Origin: Candidatus Woesebacteria bacterium
GTDB taxonomy: Bacteria; Patescibacteriota; Microgenomatia; UBA8517
DNA: 64,000 nt
Reading direction: 5' to 3'
Assembly (NCBI GenBank): GCA_016700095.1
Contig: CP065002.1
Span: 304,463-368,462, forward strand
How positions within the stretch are numbered: the first letter of the stretch is position 1; every line of letters begins with the position of its first letter. A program made the translations under genes and the position numbers. Of this stretch, positions 52,501-61,347 are shown one piece after another. Below the pieces are notes generated by a model. The model saw only the letters and a list, made by a program, of their open reading frames with translations, was not told the origin of the DNA and searched no databases.

Positions 52501-55286
52501 AGACTACCTGTTACCGACAAATGTGCGCTGTCCGCAGCTTCAAAATACTGACTTGTTCCATTAAGTTCACCCGAATTACCAAATTTAGCCGCAGTAAAAG
52601 CTGTAGAGTTGTTATTAGTTAGAGTTGTCGAATTGCCACTTTTATCACTAGGATTTCCCGTCGTCTCATCCATCGGCCAGTAACCGACAAGTCCCTGGAT
52701 TAGAAAGTCTTTGCTTTGTTGACCAAGTATTGCAATAGAACCACTTGCAGCCGTATTTTTGATTGCATCAGATTTAACTTGCTCCGATGTCCTCTCGTAG
52801 TTGTAGGCTTTGAAAGTATCAATAAAACCATGGTAATTGGCAGTGGTAGTACCACCAAGCAACAAATCACTACCGCCTTCGACAGCCGGAGTGGGGTTGA
52901 TGGCAACCAGTGCTGAGTGTTGAGCGCTCAGTGTCCCCGTTGATCCAAAAGCACCTGGATTTTCACTTGATGCTTCGTATTCCCTCTGCGCAGACGACAA
53001 ACGGACATGATTGGTGCTTGTGTTACTTGCCGCCGATTCGGCAGTTATAATACTTAAATAATCAGTTGGTGCTGTCAAAGTATTATCTGTTCGTCTTGTA
53101 TTTGCCATTGCGAGCCACAATATTTTTGACGAACCCCAACCGGGATCGAGACTGGCAGGATCCAGGGTATTGGTTGATGCAAAGACACCGTCGATGGGAT
53201 CAGAAGTATCGTGACCTGTAATCCGGTAGCTATTATGGGCTGAAGCTCTACCCGCTGCGGTTGTTATGTCGACGGTAGCTCCTTCCGAGCCGGCTGCTGT
53301 TTTCCAAAAGATTGTCGTTCTACCTGTTGAGTCACGGGTAGACAATGTGTTCCAGCCGCTTAGTGTGTGAGTGGTTGAGGTTGCCCCCGTCCGAAAGAAA
53401 ATAACAAGTAAATCGCCAGAAGAGATGCCAGAAGGAAGTGATACGGTATGCGTTGTGGCTGAAGTTGATGTTGTTGCACTTATGTTGGTTGCTTGAACTA
53501 TTGGATATGTTTCGGGAGATGCACCTTCTTCGGTTGGTGATCCCGATCCATTAATGCTTGTACCTCGAAGAATACCGTCGATGTAAATAGATATTTCATC
53601 ATCGCCGTCATCGGTGTAACTCATAGAAATATGGTGCCAAGTATTTAATGCAATTGCGTCATCGATTGTCAAAGTCGCGCTATTACCGCTTAGGGAAAGT
53701 GATGCTTGGATATCGGTGACTCCCGAACTTGAGCCCGCAGCAAGTCTTAAATATGTTGCACTACCTTTGTAAAATAATTGACCGTTACTACTTTCTCCTA
53801 GTGAATTTGGTTTGTACCAACCTTGAACTGTGAACCCGTTTGTCAATTGATTGCCGAGATTTAGTGATTCGGAAGTGGTGATGGTTGCAACGTCATCCGT
53901 TCCATCAAACCAGATGCATTTGCCACTTACACACATGTCTTCATTTTGCCAAGTCGGCGCGGCGGTTGTGCTACCAAAAGCCGCGCTGTTTCTATTGACC
54001 GTTGAATCACAAGCGTCGCTTGTGCCGTCAAAACATGTGTTTGATACACCTTCGTCGAATTTCAAAAAGGCTACGGGTGTAGCTCCTTTCTCTTGAGTTC
54101 CCGCAGAAAGATATGTGGCTGGTGCGTTTTGATTACGATATTCGGTTGTGATCCAATCGGTTGAGCGATTGGTGTTGGAAAACCGAAGTTCATCTAAACG
54201 ACCGGCAAAGTATGTATCTTCGTATGGATTATCACTTCTTCCAAGTAAAAAGCTCCCCGCTGAATTAGTAACATTTTGTCCGTTGTCGTCTGTCAGGTCT
54301 AATGCTCCATTATCGTAAATACTTATTGCGGTACCGTTTTTTACGATTGTAAAATAAACCCAAGCATTGCCGTCGAAGGTAAAATAATTACTCGGATGAT
54401 CGGAGTCGTTCATAGAATAATTAATACGTCCATCGTCTAATACATCAATCCACCAACCGTCAGATGCATCCGATGTATTGGAATGTTGCATTACTCCGAT
54501 ATTTGTGTCTGTGGAATAAATCCATCCCGATAGTGTCATATTTCCTGTTCCAATATCAAAACTAGGGGAGTCGGCAATAGTAAAATAATCATTACTGCCA
54601 TCCATATCCATTGCATTACCCACTTTCCCCGCGATTAAATCGGCAGTTGTCATGGTGCCGTTGGCATCGGCGTCGTTACTGTTTTCAGTTGAATCGCATA
54701 GTTCTTTAGTGCCACCTCCGCAGTCGCCGTCGGTTGTAATAGAAGGATCTTCTGACATATGCCAAACACCTTGGTAACTATTCGACCATACACCTTTAGG
54801 ATTTTCTTGATTGGAGGCTCCGGGATTTCCGTAATAGATATATATTTCGGTATCGGCAGCATAAGCAAGAGTTGGAATTTTTACCCAGCTAACCAAAGTT
54901 CCACTCGAAAAGTATTCTATTTCATGATCTAATTTAGTGCCATCTGACGATGTAAAAAATATATCATCACCATCTGTTTGGGCTGCCGTTATATCTGCAT
55001 CGGTTGTCAAACTGATAAGAACGGGAAAATTTGTTAAATCCGATGAACCACTCACCATCGCGTTATCAATCGTTATCGTTTTCCGATAAGCCCAATTTTC
55101 ATCAAACCAAGCAGCCTGAGTATCTTTGGGTTTAATAAATTCCCAGATACGTATGGAAAACAAAATTAAAACTATACTAAGAAAAACAGCAAGTGCTTTG
55201 CGTCGATTCTTTCGAGTGTTAGACATCAGACGACCTATTGTTGTAACTACTTTTTTGATTAACGTATTGTTTCTCATACTACTCAT
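49509..55286 (-). CDS. Giant type-II-anchored surface protein with six LamG (concanavalin-A-like) domains, 1925 aa
   Basis: N-terminal signal anchor 'ALAVFLSIVLILFSIRIW'. Six copies of the LamG C-terminal signature: 'FAGRLDELRFSNTNRS', 'FDGHIDDVRIYNRTLS', 'LEGTIDDIRIYNYART', 'FDGLLDDVQIFSSVLT', 'FDGLIDEVKFYNYIRT', 'FDGQIDDVRIYNYVLS'. Confidence 0.8.
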   Translation of the reverse strand: MSSMRNNTLIKKVVTTIGRLMSNTRKNRRKALAVFLSIVLILFSIRIWEFIKPKDTQAAWFDENWAYRKTITIDNAMVSGSSDLTNFPVLISLTTDADITAAQTDGDDIFFTSSDGTKLDHEIEYFSSGTLVSWVKIPTLAYAADTEIYIYYGNPGASNQENPKGVWSNSYQGVWHMSEDPSITTDGDCGGGTKELCDSTENSNDADANGTMTTADLIAGKVGNAMDMDGSNDYFTIADSPSFDIGTGNMTLSGWIYSTDTNIGVMQHSNTSDASDGWWIDVLDDGRINYSMNDSDHPSNYFTFDGNAWVYFTIVKNGTAISIYDNGALDLTDDNGQNVTNSAGSFLLGRSDNPYEDTYFAGRLDELRFSNTNRSTDWITTEYRNQNAPATYLSAGTQEKGATPVAFLKFDEGVSNTCFDGTSDACDSTVNRNSAAFGSTTAAPTWQNEDMCVSGKCIWFDGTDDVATITTSESLNLGNQLTNGFTVQGWYKPNSLGESSNGQLFYKGSATYLRLAAGSSSGVTDIQASLSLSGNSATLTIDDAIALNTWHHISMSYTDDGDDEISIYIDGILRGTSINGSGSPTEEGASPETYPIVQATNISATTSTSATTHTVSLPSGISSGDLLVIFFRTGATSTTHTLSGWNTLSTRDSTGRTTIFWKTAAGSEGATVDITTAAGRASAHNSYRITGHDTSDPIDGVFASTNTLDPASLDPGWGSSKILWLAMANTRRTDNTLTAPTDYLSIITAESAASNTSTNHVRLSSAQREYEASSENPGAFGSTGTLSAQHSALVAINPTPAVEGGSDLLLGGTTTANYHGFIDTFKAYNYERTSEQVKSDAIKNTAASGSIAILGQQSKDFLIQGLVGYWPMDETTGNPSDKSGNSTTLTNNNSTAFTAAKFGNSGELNGTSQYFEAADSAHLSVTGSLTLSAWINPDDTTGSQNIVGKWDGTNTSYLLALEGNEVRMYIDSASNYQATTALDITANIFTHVVGTYNAESQTLKIYANGVEIPSTQSGTIPSSINDNAGETVIGADDSAANYFDGHIDDVRIYNRTLSPADIQNLYNWAPGPVAYYPLDENTGTTSVGDKSANGFTGTLTSITENSWVPGNYGSGLYLDGSADFIDIGTGPTKVNTVAFWVKPVTTTEYFVNLTSTTDLISASGGTISATGLSGPTIYINGVQGTTLTAGVWQHVAVTTATAENASNFEIGRTADTNYLEGTIDDIRIYNYARTASQIVEDLNGGHPIGGSPIGSQIARYRFDEMSGDYSYDAVGSYNGNLAGSGVACPQAGVSDCPTWNTEGKINSSMEFDGSNDWIDSTIPSNVTSNVSISLWFYSHDAGSMGNSANLTQYMVTQRRSANNPRLTVGLDNNRLGMLWHDGANNAVEGTTVLSPNTWYHAFLTYNGTTINLYLNGRLEATAAESSMTSATADTFVIGDANDISSGPFDGLLDDVQIFSSVLTQDQMNLIVNANAAVNFGTGYDEQDQLEDGADATPVVYYTFDENTGTTTTYNKGSNQYHGTLTNFTEGSWVPGKYGSALDFERDSSQYISLTTDPTNVAAFTAQAWINIDAINGSDEMTIVGYVNGVGDEWTFSVATDGTLEFEDFVSSKSSTTVLAPGRWYHVAATYNYTTLNIYIDGRLDSTHAITNTFGSNGGDFEVGFRSRFGLSQYFDGLIDEVKFYNYIRTPAQIAYDYNRGKPVGWWRLDECQGSTANDASGNGNNGTITEGGSGTNSGGVGTCSSGNGDEMWDNGTTGKYHASLDFDDTDDLVSITDDEVLDLPNNISISAWVKTGGNEADNVVVSKGTQYELGINADGDVYWYNGSTTEDDASAKVLTGSWHHIAVTNNDTTTKYYVDGILTGTDTAGIGANNATNFLIGYDGTNYFDGQIDDVRIYNYVLSEDQIRQIMNFGSAYFGPAEGAP

Positions 55287-58200
55287 TTAAAGCGTCAACT
55301 ATCCACCAGTTGAATTCGATATCTTGGGTGAGAACTCCATCAATTCCAACTACAAATGTGTTGGTGCATTCATTTTCTCCACTTTCGTCTAGGTTGGAAA
55401 TCTCCTTTTGCAAAAGATCGGAACCTTCACATATGAGTTTTCCTTTGACATACAGAACTTTGTTGAGAGTAGAGGATGTCGGGGTGATATAGATTAAACT
55501 ATTTTGTGTTAGTTGTTTTGTTTTTATTTCGACAGAGTTTGTTCCTGCTAACACTATTGCAGATCCGATTGATGCACTTGACTCAGCTGATGCAACTTCA
55601 GGTACAGAAACTGTATCATTGTTTTCAACTGGTTGAGCGATGTCAGCATTTGATATAGTTAGTTTGTCTGTGGTAACTTCCTGTGCAGTTACTTGTCCTT
55701 CGACTTCTAAATTGCCTGCAATTGTGACGTTGCCTTCGGTATCAATATTAACCTTTCCTGCCATCAGATAAAGCGGTTGTGTTCCGGTTGCTTGAATCGA
55801 AAGGGGAGCATCAAGTGTGCTTATCGCGTTAACAGCATTTCCGGTTGATTCACTTATTGTTGCACTTATTACGATATCGTTTCCCAGCACCAACGATTTA
55901 TTAATGGATAGACTTTCAACTGTCGCAAGCCCTGTTACATAAATATTTTCGACACCGAGATTGGAAATGGATACATCACCATCGGTATTTTCCATTTCCC
56001 AACCAAGTGAAGACTTCATCGTATTTTGGTCTTCCACGATATCCAAAAGTAGATTTTCGATTGATTCGATCGAAACCGAAGTATCGCTTGGGTCAACAAC
56101 ATCGTTGTCGATAGTTATACTTTCTTGATTGCTTGGTGAATTATTAGCAAGGTCGCTAGAGAGATTGACCGAATTATCGATAAATACAAGTATTGTTTCT
56201 GATGGATTAGCAGGATCCCACTTTTCAAGGGCACTTCCGATGGAATAACCAGTTTGATTTGCTTTCATTGCCATTCCAGGAACATCGGATGAGGCAAGTC
56301 TGTCTCCTTCGTGTATTTCATCCGAAGCAGGATCAATCTTGACGGGTACTCTGCCTGCCAGCGCAACCGGTAAAGCATAGTCAGCCCACTCAAGTACATC
56401 TTCGCCCATAATTTGATGTGCTTGCGAGGAAACGATACCGATAACTTTATCACCATATTTTTGATTGGATTTAGTTACCCCGAAGGTATTTTCATTTATG
56501 GGATTACCTATTTGCACAATATCTCCTGCCTGCGGGATATCTTCATTTCCGATTACAGGGTACCATTCTGCAAGATCGGCGGGATTAGGATTACATTCGA
56601 CTAATTGATAAACGGGATCGCCGTTAACACTTGTCGACTGGAAACATAGGTTGCCTGAAGTTTCGGGAGTGTTGTCGGTTTGTTCGGCGATACTGCCAAC
56701 ATACGTATTGCCTTCATTATCCACCACAAATTTATTTTCACCGGAGGACAGAGCGGCAATTAGATTATCGGCATGTGTGTCAACAATTAGTTCACCATCA
56801 ACATTGACGTTGCCATTTAATGATATATTCTGACTGGTTAAATCTAAGTTTGTATTATTTCCGGAAAGGAGAGTGTTGCCCGACCCGTCTTTAATTGTAA
56901 TGTCACCTGATCCATCGAGCGCAATTAGGGTTTGCGGATCGTAATAGCCGGGATTAATAAATACTAATATTTGGCCGATTGAATCCGGATCGGCATTTTC
57001 ATATCTGGCAAGAGCGGTCCCCAAAATCATTCCCGCTTGATTGGCTTTCGCGGCTACACCGGCGATAGAGCTTGTTGTAACCATATCTCCCGGTTCAATT
57101 GTTCCGTTTTGGCTGGACACATTTACCAGAATACGTCCGGAAAGTGCTACCGCCACTTCTTTGACACTCCGTGGATCATTTGCTTGCTTCCATCCGCCAA
57201 GAAGTACTCCTGGTTTAGTTGAAATTGCTCCGATTAATTTACTTCTATCTGTATTGGTAGCTTTCTTGACAAATTCTTCTTCAAATCTATCTGAATCCAT
57301 ACCTTGGGGTACAGGGTTAAAATCAAGAGATACGACGTCTCCTGCAACTATATTTATATCTGAGGTTGGGAAATTTTCTGCAATATCGTCAACAGTAAAA
57401 CTAGACGAAATTCCATATACAGTTCCTGCACTTCTTGCCGCATCTATACAGTCGTCAGCCGTATTAAGAGTATCATCTGCGCAAATTGCTCCGTATGCCA
57501 GAAGTCCCGACCCGCCAATATTTGTAGCATCGGTAGCTCCAAGTACCACGTCAGCCGTGTCGGTTATTATTCCGACACTTGCTCCGTCATTGTTAAATAC
57601 GAAATCTCCTGTGCCATATGTTTTCAGAGTTAAATTATTATTTTCAAAACTCTCTCCGGATTCTATTGTTAGTGGACCATAACTTTCTATCTTGCTTGTT
57701 GTTTGGTTGGTTAACACGATATCGTAAGCTATGGATACATCACCCGAAGCTGTAAAGGCATGTGGCAAGGCGGATGTGATCAAGGATTGGCTAACTGTAA
57801 ATACATCACTTCCGTTATCTGACAGGGCCATTATATTTCCGATATTTCCATACTGTCCGACATTTAAGCTGAAAAGATCACCGGTTGCATATATTTCTGT
57901 AGAACCTGAAGGTGCCCATTCCAAGTCAATCAAGCTACCCGTTGTAAGTGTTGTTGATGTGGATTGTAAATAGATAGCATCACCTGAAGTCAGAGCGTCT
58001 GCAGATAAATCGATACCCTTTCCTTCCGTAATCGTGTCGGCATTTAAGCCTAATAGTTTTCCGGTTGTAATTCCACTACTTGCAGTTGTCAAATCAAATA
58101 AGGTGTCTGCCGCATCGGTTGAACCGTCAAAAGTCAGATAGGTATTTGTACCGTCACCGAGCGTGAATGCAGTTGTTGAGGTAGAGTCAAGATCGAGATA

Positions 58201-61200
58201 GTTATCAAGGTTTATTCCGCCACCCGTAAAGTTAAATTCGTCTGTGTCAAGATAACTTATGCTTCCCGAATTGGTTGCATCCGAGGCATAGAAGGTGAGT
58301 GTCGGATCATTTGTATCATTTGCTCCATCACCAATTCTTACAGTATTTGTACTTACATCTACCGAGAACGGAGCAACTAATGAGTCTGCACCGGTTATAC
58401 CGATAGACAAATCTGTAGCTGCTGAACTTGGACTTAAAGTATTGGTTGTCAAAACCCATTCGGTACTGCCACCTGTGGCTACATCACCCCAATTAGTCCC
58501 ATCAAAAACTTGCAATTTGTTATCGTCAGTATCCCAGGCCAGATATCCCTCACCGCCACCTGTTATGGCTGTTAGGGCTGTCGTTTGTGGAAGCTTTAGT
58601 CCTTGTGCGGTTGCGTCATTATGTATTATTGCCGACAAGTCAAGCAATGCTCCGTCTGCAAATGTAGCTGTGCTTGCAAAAGTTGCAACACCATCAATAT
58701 CGAGCGTTCCGTCGACTTCTAAAATATCTTCAATATATAAATCATCATCACTTGATGCAGTTGTGGCAGTTCCACTATCACTTATCGCGTTATAAGCAGT
58801 TCCTGTGATTCCGCCTATATTAAATACGTTTGTGTTAGCAAACACGATTTGTCCACCGGCTGCCGTAAGGTTAACATCTGCTGCTGATGTTATGTTCACA
58901 TCACCTGTTGTAGTTGTTGAGAGAGTGAGATTTCCGCTTGCCGCAGTAACGTTACTTGCACCTGTTCCATCAATCGAGAAGGTTCCTGTTGATAGCATAT
59001 CGAATGTACCTGTGACATCAATATCTAGATTTGCGGCGGCGTTTATATCAATTAGTCCTGCAGAGGTGAGATCGAGTTCGCCTGAGGTAATTGTTGAAAT
59101 TTGTAATTGTCCACCAGTTACACTCACGTTGCTTGCTAATGCTCCATCTATCGAGAAGGCTCCACCTGCATCTAAGGTTAGTGCATCATTTGCATCTATA
59201 TCTATATCTCCGCCTGTACCTGTTGCATTTATGTCAATCGCGGCAGTACCTGTGCCATTACTATTTAGGCTTAGAGTTGCACTAGTTCCGCCACTAACAG
59301 TAAGTGCCAAAGCGTCAGCTGCAACTTCACTTGATATAATGTTAACTCCACCTGTACCTGTTACATCAATATCTTCAGTGCTTGCCGTTGTTATGTCTAT
59401 TCCGCCGGTATCAGATGATATGACTATTGAATCGGCTACGTTTTCACCGCTTGAAAGAATTAAAGATCCAGCTGCGGAATCAAGAGTTAGGTCGCCAGCC
59501 GTTGTGCTCCAAACACTAGTTGCGTTTCCGGTAAGAGTTATTGCTTGTGAAGTACCGGCAATTACGGAAAGTGCTCCACCTGCAGGTCCCGTTATGGAAG
59601 CAGCTCCATCAGCATCCACAAAAGTAAGGTCTCCTGTTGTACCTATGTTTAAGTAATCAGTTTGGCCAAGTCTTGTAGTTCCATCATTAAGGAAAGTTGC
59701 AAAGGCAGTTCCATTATCTTCAATTGTGAAATCACCTGTCGTGGTTAGATCAAAGGCGAGTCCACTTGCATCATCAATCTCCATATTTACATCCACTGCA
59801 GTGAGGGAGAAAGCATATACATTGTCAAATGTAGGTTGTGCACCAGCTACTGTTGTCCATCCGCAGTTGGTTTCAGAAACATCGCAGACCAAATCATCTC
59901 CCCAGTACAGATCTCCCGATGCACTTCCTGCTGAAGCTGCATTGAAGCCAAAGACATTGTCAGTATCTGCATCATCATTAAGGCCTAAGGTGGTGCCATC
60001 AACAGACAAATTGCCTGTGATATTAACATCACCTACATTGGCATTATCTGTAATGGTCATTAGATCATTACCCGAGGTATCTTCAAAGGTTAGAGTACCT
60101 GTTGTACTTTCAAACATCCTTACTCCATCAAAGAGTAAAAAGTTTGCATCAAGGTCAAGTGCTGTAACAATATCAGTATCACTTAAATCAATACCTGTTG
60201 TTATCCCTCCTGCTTCACTTACAAAGGAGAGACCAGTTGCTACTGCCGTATCCGTATCTGAATTATCAAGGACAAGTAGAGCTTCGGTTGCCCCACTACT
60301 TGCTGCATTATCAATTACCAATCCGTTTTGAGTACCACTTGAGCTGGCATTGGTTAAAGTAAGGGTAGTGGAGTTGGCATTTGCTGTTCCACTAAGAGCC
60401 TGGTTTACTGCGAGTAAACTATCCGAATCAAGAGTAATTGTCAGGTCGTCGGTTCCAGCCGGTGTAAACCCTACATTACCTGTAAAGGTAAAATCATAGT
60501 CCTGGTTAACAGCAACATCATCTGCATTAACGGTAATGCCATTACCTGCTCCAACGGTAAAGGTGGTATCACCATCTGCACCGACAAGGACATTATCTGC
60601 TCCACCTGTAAGGCCACTTCCTGCAACTGCGTCACCTAGTAGCCTTACTGTAAAGTCAAGGTTTTCATCACCATCATCACCGTTAGTTAGATTGGTTAGT
60701 ATATTGCCATCACTACTGGTGAACCTTAAGATGTTGGCATCCACAACAGAGTAGGTATCAGTATCATCATCGGCTATCGTCCAGGAAGAGAAAGCACTTA
60801 CACTGGTTGTCCATCCGCAGTTGGTTTCAGAAACATCGCAGACCAAATCATCTCCCCAGTACAGATCTCCCGATGCACTTCCTGCTGAAGCTGCATTGAA
60901 GCTAAAGACATTGTCAGTATCTGCATCATCATTAAGGCCTAAGGTGGTGCCATCAACAGACAAATTGCCTGTGATATTAACATCACCCACATTGGCATTA
61001 TCTGTAATGGTCATTAGATCATTACCCGAGGTATCTTCAAAGGTTAGAGTACCTGTTGTACTTTCAAACATCCTTACTCCATCAAAGAGTAAAAAGTTTG
61101 CATCAAGGTCAAGTGCTGTAACAATATCAGTATCACTTAAATCAATACCTGTTGTTATCCCTCCTGCTTCACTTACAAAGGAGAGACCAGTTGCTACTGC

Positions 61201-61347
61201 CGTATCCGTATCTGAATTATCAAGGACAAGTAGAGCTTCGGTTGCCCCACTACTTGCTGCATTATCAATTACCAATCCGTTTTGAGTACCACTTGAGCTG
61301 GCATTGGTTAAAGTAAAGGGTAGTGGAGTTGGCATTTGCTGTTCCAC
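55279..61347 (-). CDS. C-terminal part of a giant repeat adhesin-like surface protein (2022 aa in this frame). The N-terminal region consists of 318-aa tandem repeats. The C-terminal ~1400 aa is non-repetitive and T/S/G/D/N-rich.
   Basis: Overlaps the downstream LamG gene by 8 nt. Repeat unit 'TLTLTNASSSGTQNGLVIDNAASSG...DLYWGDDLVCDVSETNCGWTT...'. The apparent start at 61347 is an artefact of the frameshift at ~61317. Confidence 0.75.
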   Translation of the reverse strand: MEQQMPTPLPFTLTNASSSGTQNGLVIDNAASSGATEALLVLDNSDTDTAVATGLSFVSEAGGITTGIDLSDTDIVTALDLDANFLLFDGVRMFESTTGTLTFEDTSGNDLMTITDNANVGDVNITGNLSVDGTTLGLNDDADTDNVFSFNAASAGSASGDLYWGDDLVCDVSETNCGWTTSVSAFSSWTIADDDTDTYSVVDANILRFTSSDGNILTNLTNGDDGDENLDFTVRLLGDAVAGSGLTGGADNVLVGADGDTTFTVGAGNGITVNADDVAVNQDYDFTFTGNVGFTPAGTDDLTITLDSDSLLAVNQALSGTANANSTTLTLTNASSSGTQNGLVIDNAASSGATEALLVLDNSDTDTAVATGLSFVSEAGGITTGIDLSDTDIVTALDLDANFLLFDGVRMFESTTGTLTFEDTSGNDLMTITDNANVGDVNITGNLSVDGTTLGLNDDADTDNVFGFNAASAGSASGDLYWGDDLVCDVSETNCGWTTVAGAQPTFDNVYAFSLTAVDVNMEIDDASGLAFDLTTTGDFTIEDNGTAFATFLNDGTTRLGQTDYLNIGTTGDLTFVDADGAASITGPAGGALSVIAGTSQAITLTGNATSVWSTTAGDLTLDSAAGSLILSSGENVADSIVISSDTGGIDITTASTEDIDVTGTGGVNIISSEVAADALALTVSGGTSATLSLNSNGTGTAAIDINATGTGGDIDIDANDALTLDAGGAFSIDGALASNVSVTGGQLQISTITSGELDLTSAGLIDINAAANLDIDVTGTFDMLSTGTFSIDGTGASNVTAASGNLTLSTTTTGDVNITSAADVNLTAAGGQIVFANTNVFNIGGITGTAYNAISDSGTATTASSDDDLYIEDILEVDGTLDIDGVATFASTATFADGALLDLSAIIHNDATAQGLKLPQTTALTAITGGGEGYLAWDTDDNKLQVFDGTNWGDVATGGSTEWVLTTNTLSPSSAATDLSIGITGADSLVAPFSVDVSTNTVRIGDGANDTNDPTLTFYASDATNSGSISYLDTDEFNFTGGGINLDNYLDLDSTSTTAFTLGDGTNTYLTFDGSTDAADTLFDLTTASSGITTGKLLGLNADTITEGKGIDLSADALTSGDAIYLQSTSTTLTTGSLIDLEWAPSGSTEIYATGDLFSLNVGQYGNIGNIMALSDNGSDVFTVSQSLITSALPHAFTASGDVSIAYDIVLTNQTTSKIESYGPLTIESGESFENNNLTLKTYGTGDFVFNNDGASVGIITDTADVVLGATDATNIGGSGLLAYGAICADDTLNTADDCIDAARSAGTVYGISSSFTVDDIAENFPTSDINIVAGDVVSLDFNPVPQGMDSDRFEEEFVKKATNTDRSKLIGAISTKPGVLLGGWKQANDPRSVKEVAVALSGRILVNVSSQNGTIEPGDMVTTSSIAGVAAKANQAGMILGTALARYENADPDSIGQILVFINPGYYDPQTLIALDGSGDITIKDGSGNTLLSGNNTNLDLTSQNISLNGNVNVDGELIVDTHADNLIAALSSGENKFVVDNEGNTYVGSIAEQTDNTPETSGNLCFQSTSVNGDPVYQLVECNPNPADLAEWYPVIGNEDIPQAGDIVQIGNPINENTFGVTKSNQKYGDKVIGIVSSQAHQIMGEDVLEWADYALPVALAGRVPVKIDPASDEIHEGDRLASSDVPGMAMKANQTGYSIGSALEKWDPANPSETILVFIDNSVNLSSDLANNSPSNQESITIDNDVVDPSDTSVSIESIENLLLDIVEDQNTMKSSLGWEMENTDGDVSISNLGVENIYVTGLATVESLSINKSLVLGNDIVISATISESTGNAVNAISTLDAPLSIQATGTQPLYLMAGKVNIDTEGNVTIAGNLEVEGQVTAQEVTTDKLTISNADIAQPVENNDTVSVPEVASAESSASIGSAIVLAGTNSVEIKTKQLTQNSLIYITPTSSTLNKVLYVKGKLICEGSDLLQKEISNLDESGENECTNTFVVGIDGVLTQDIEFNWWIVDALNE

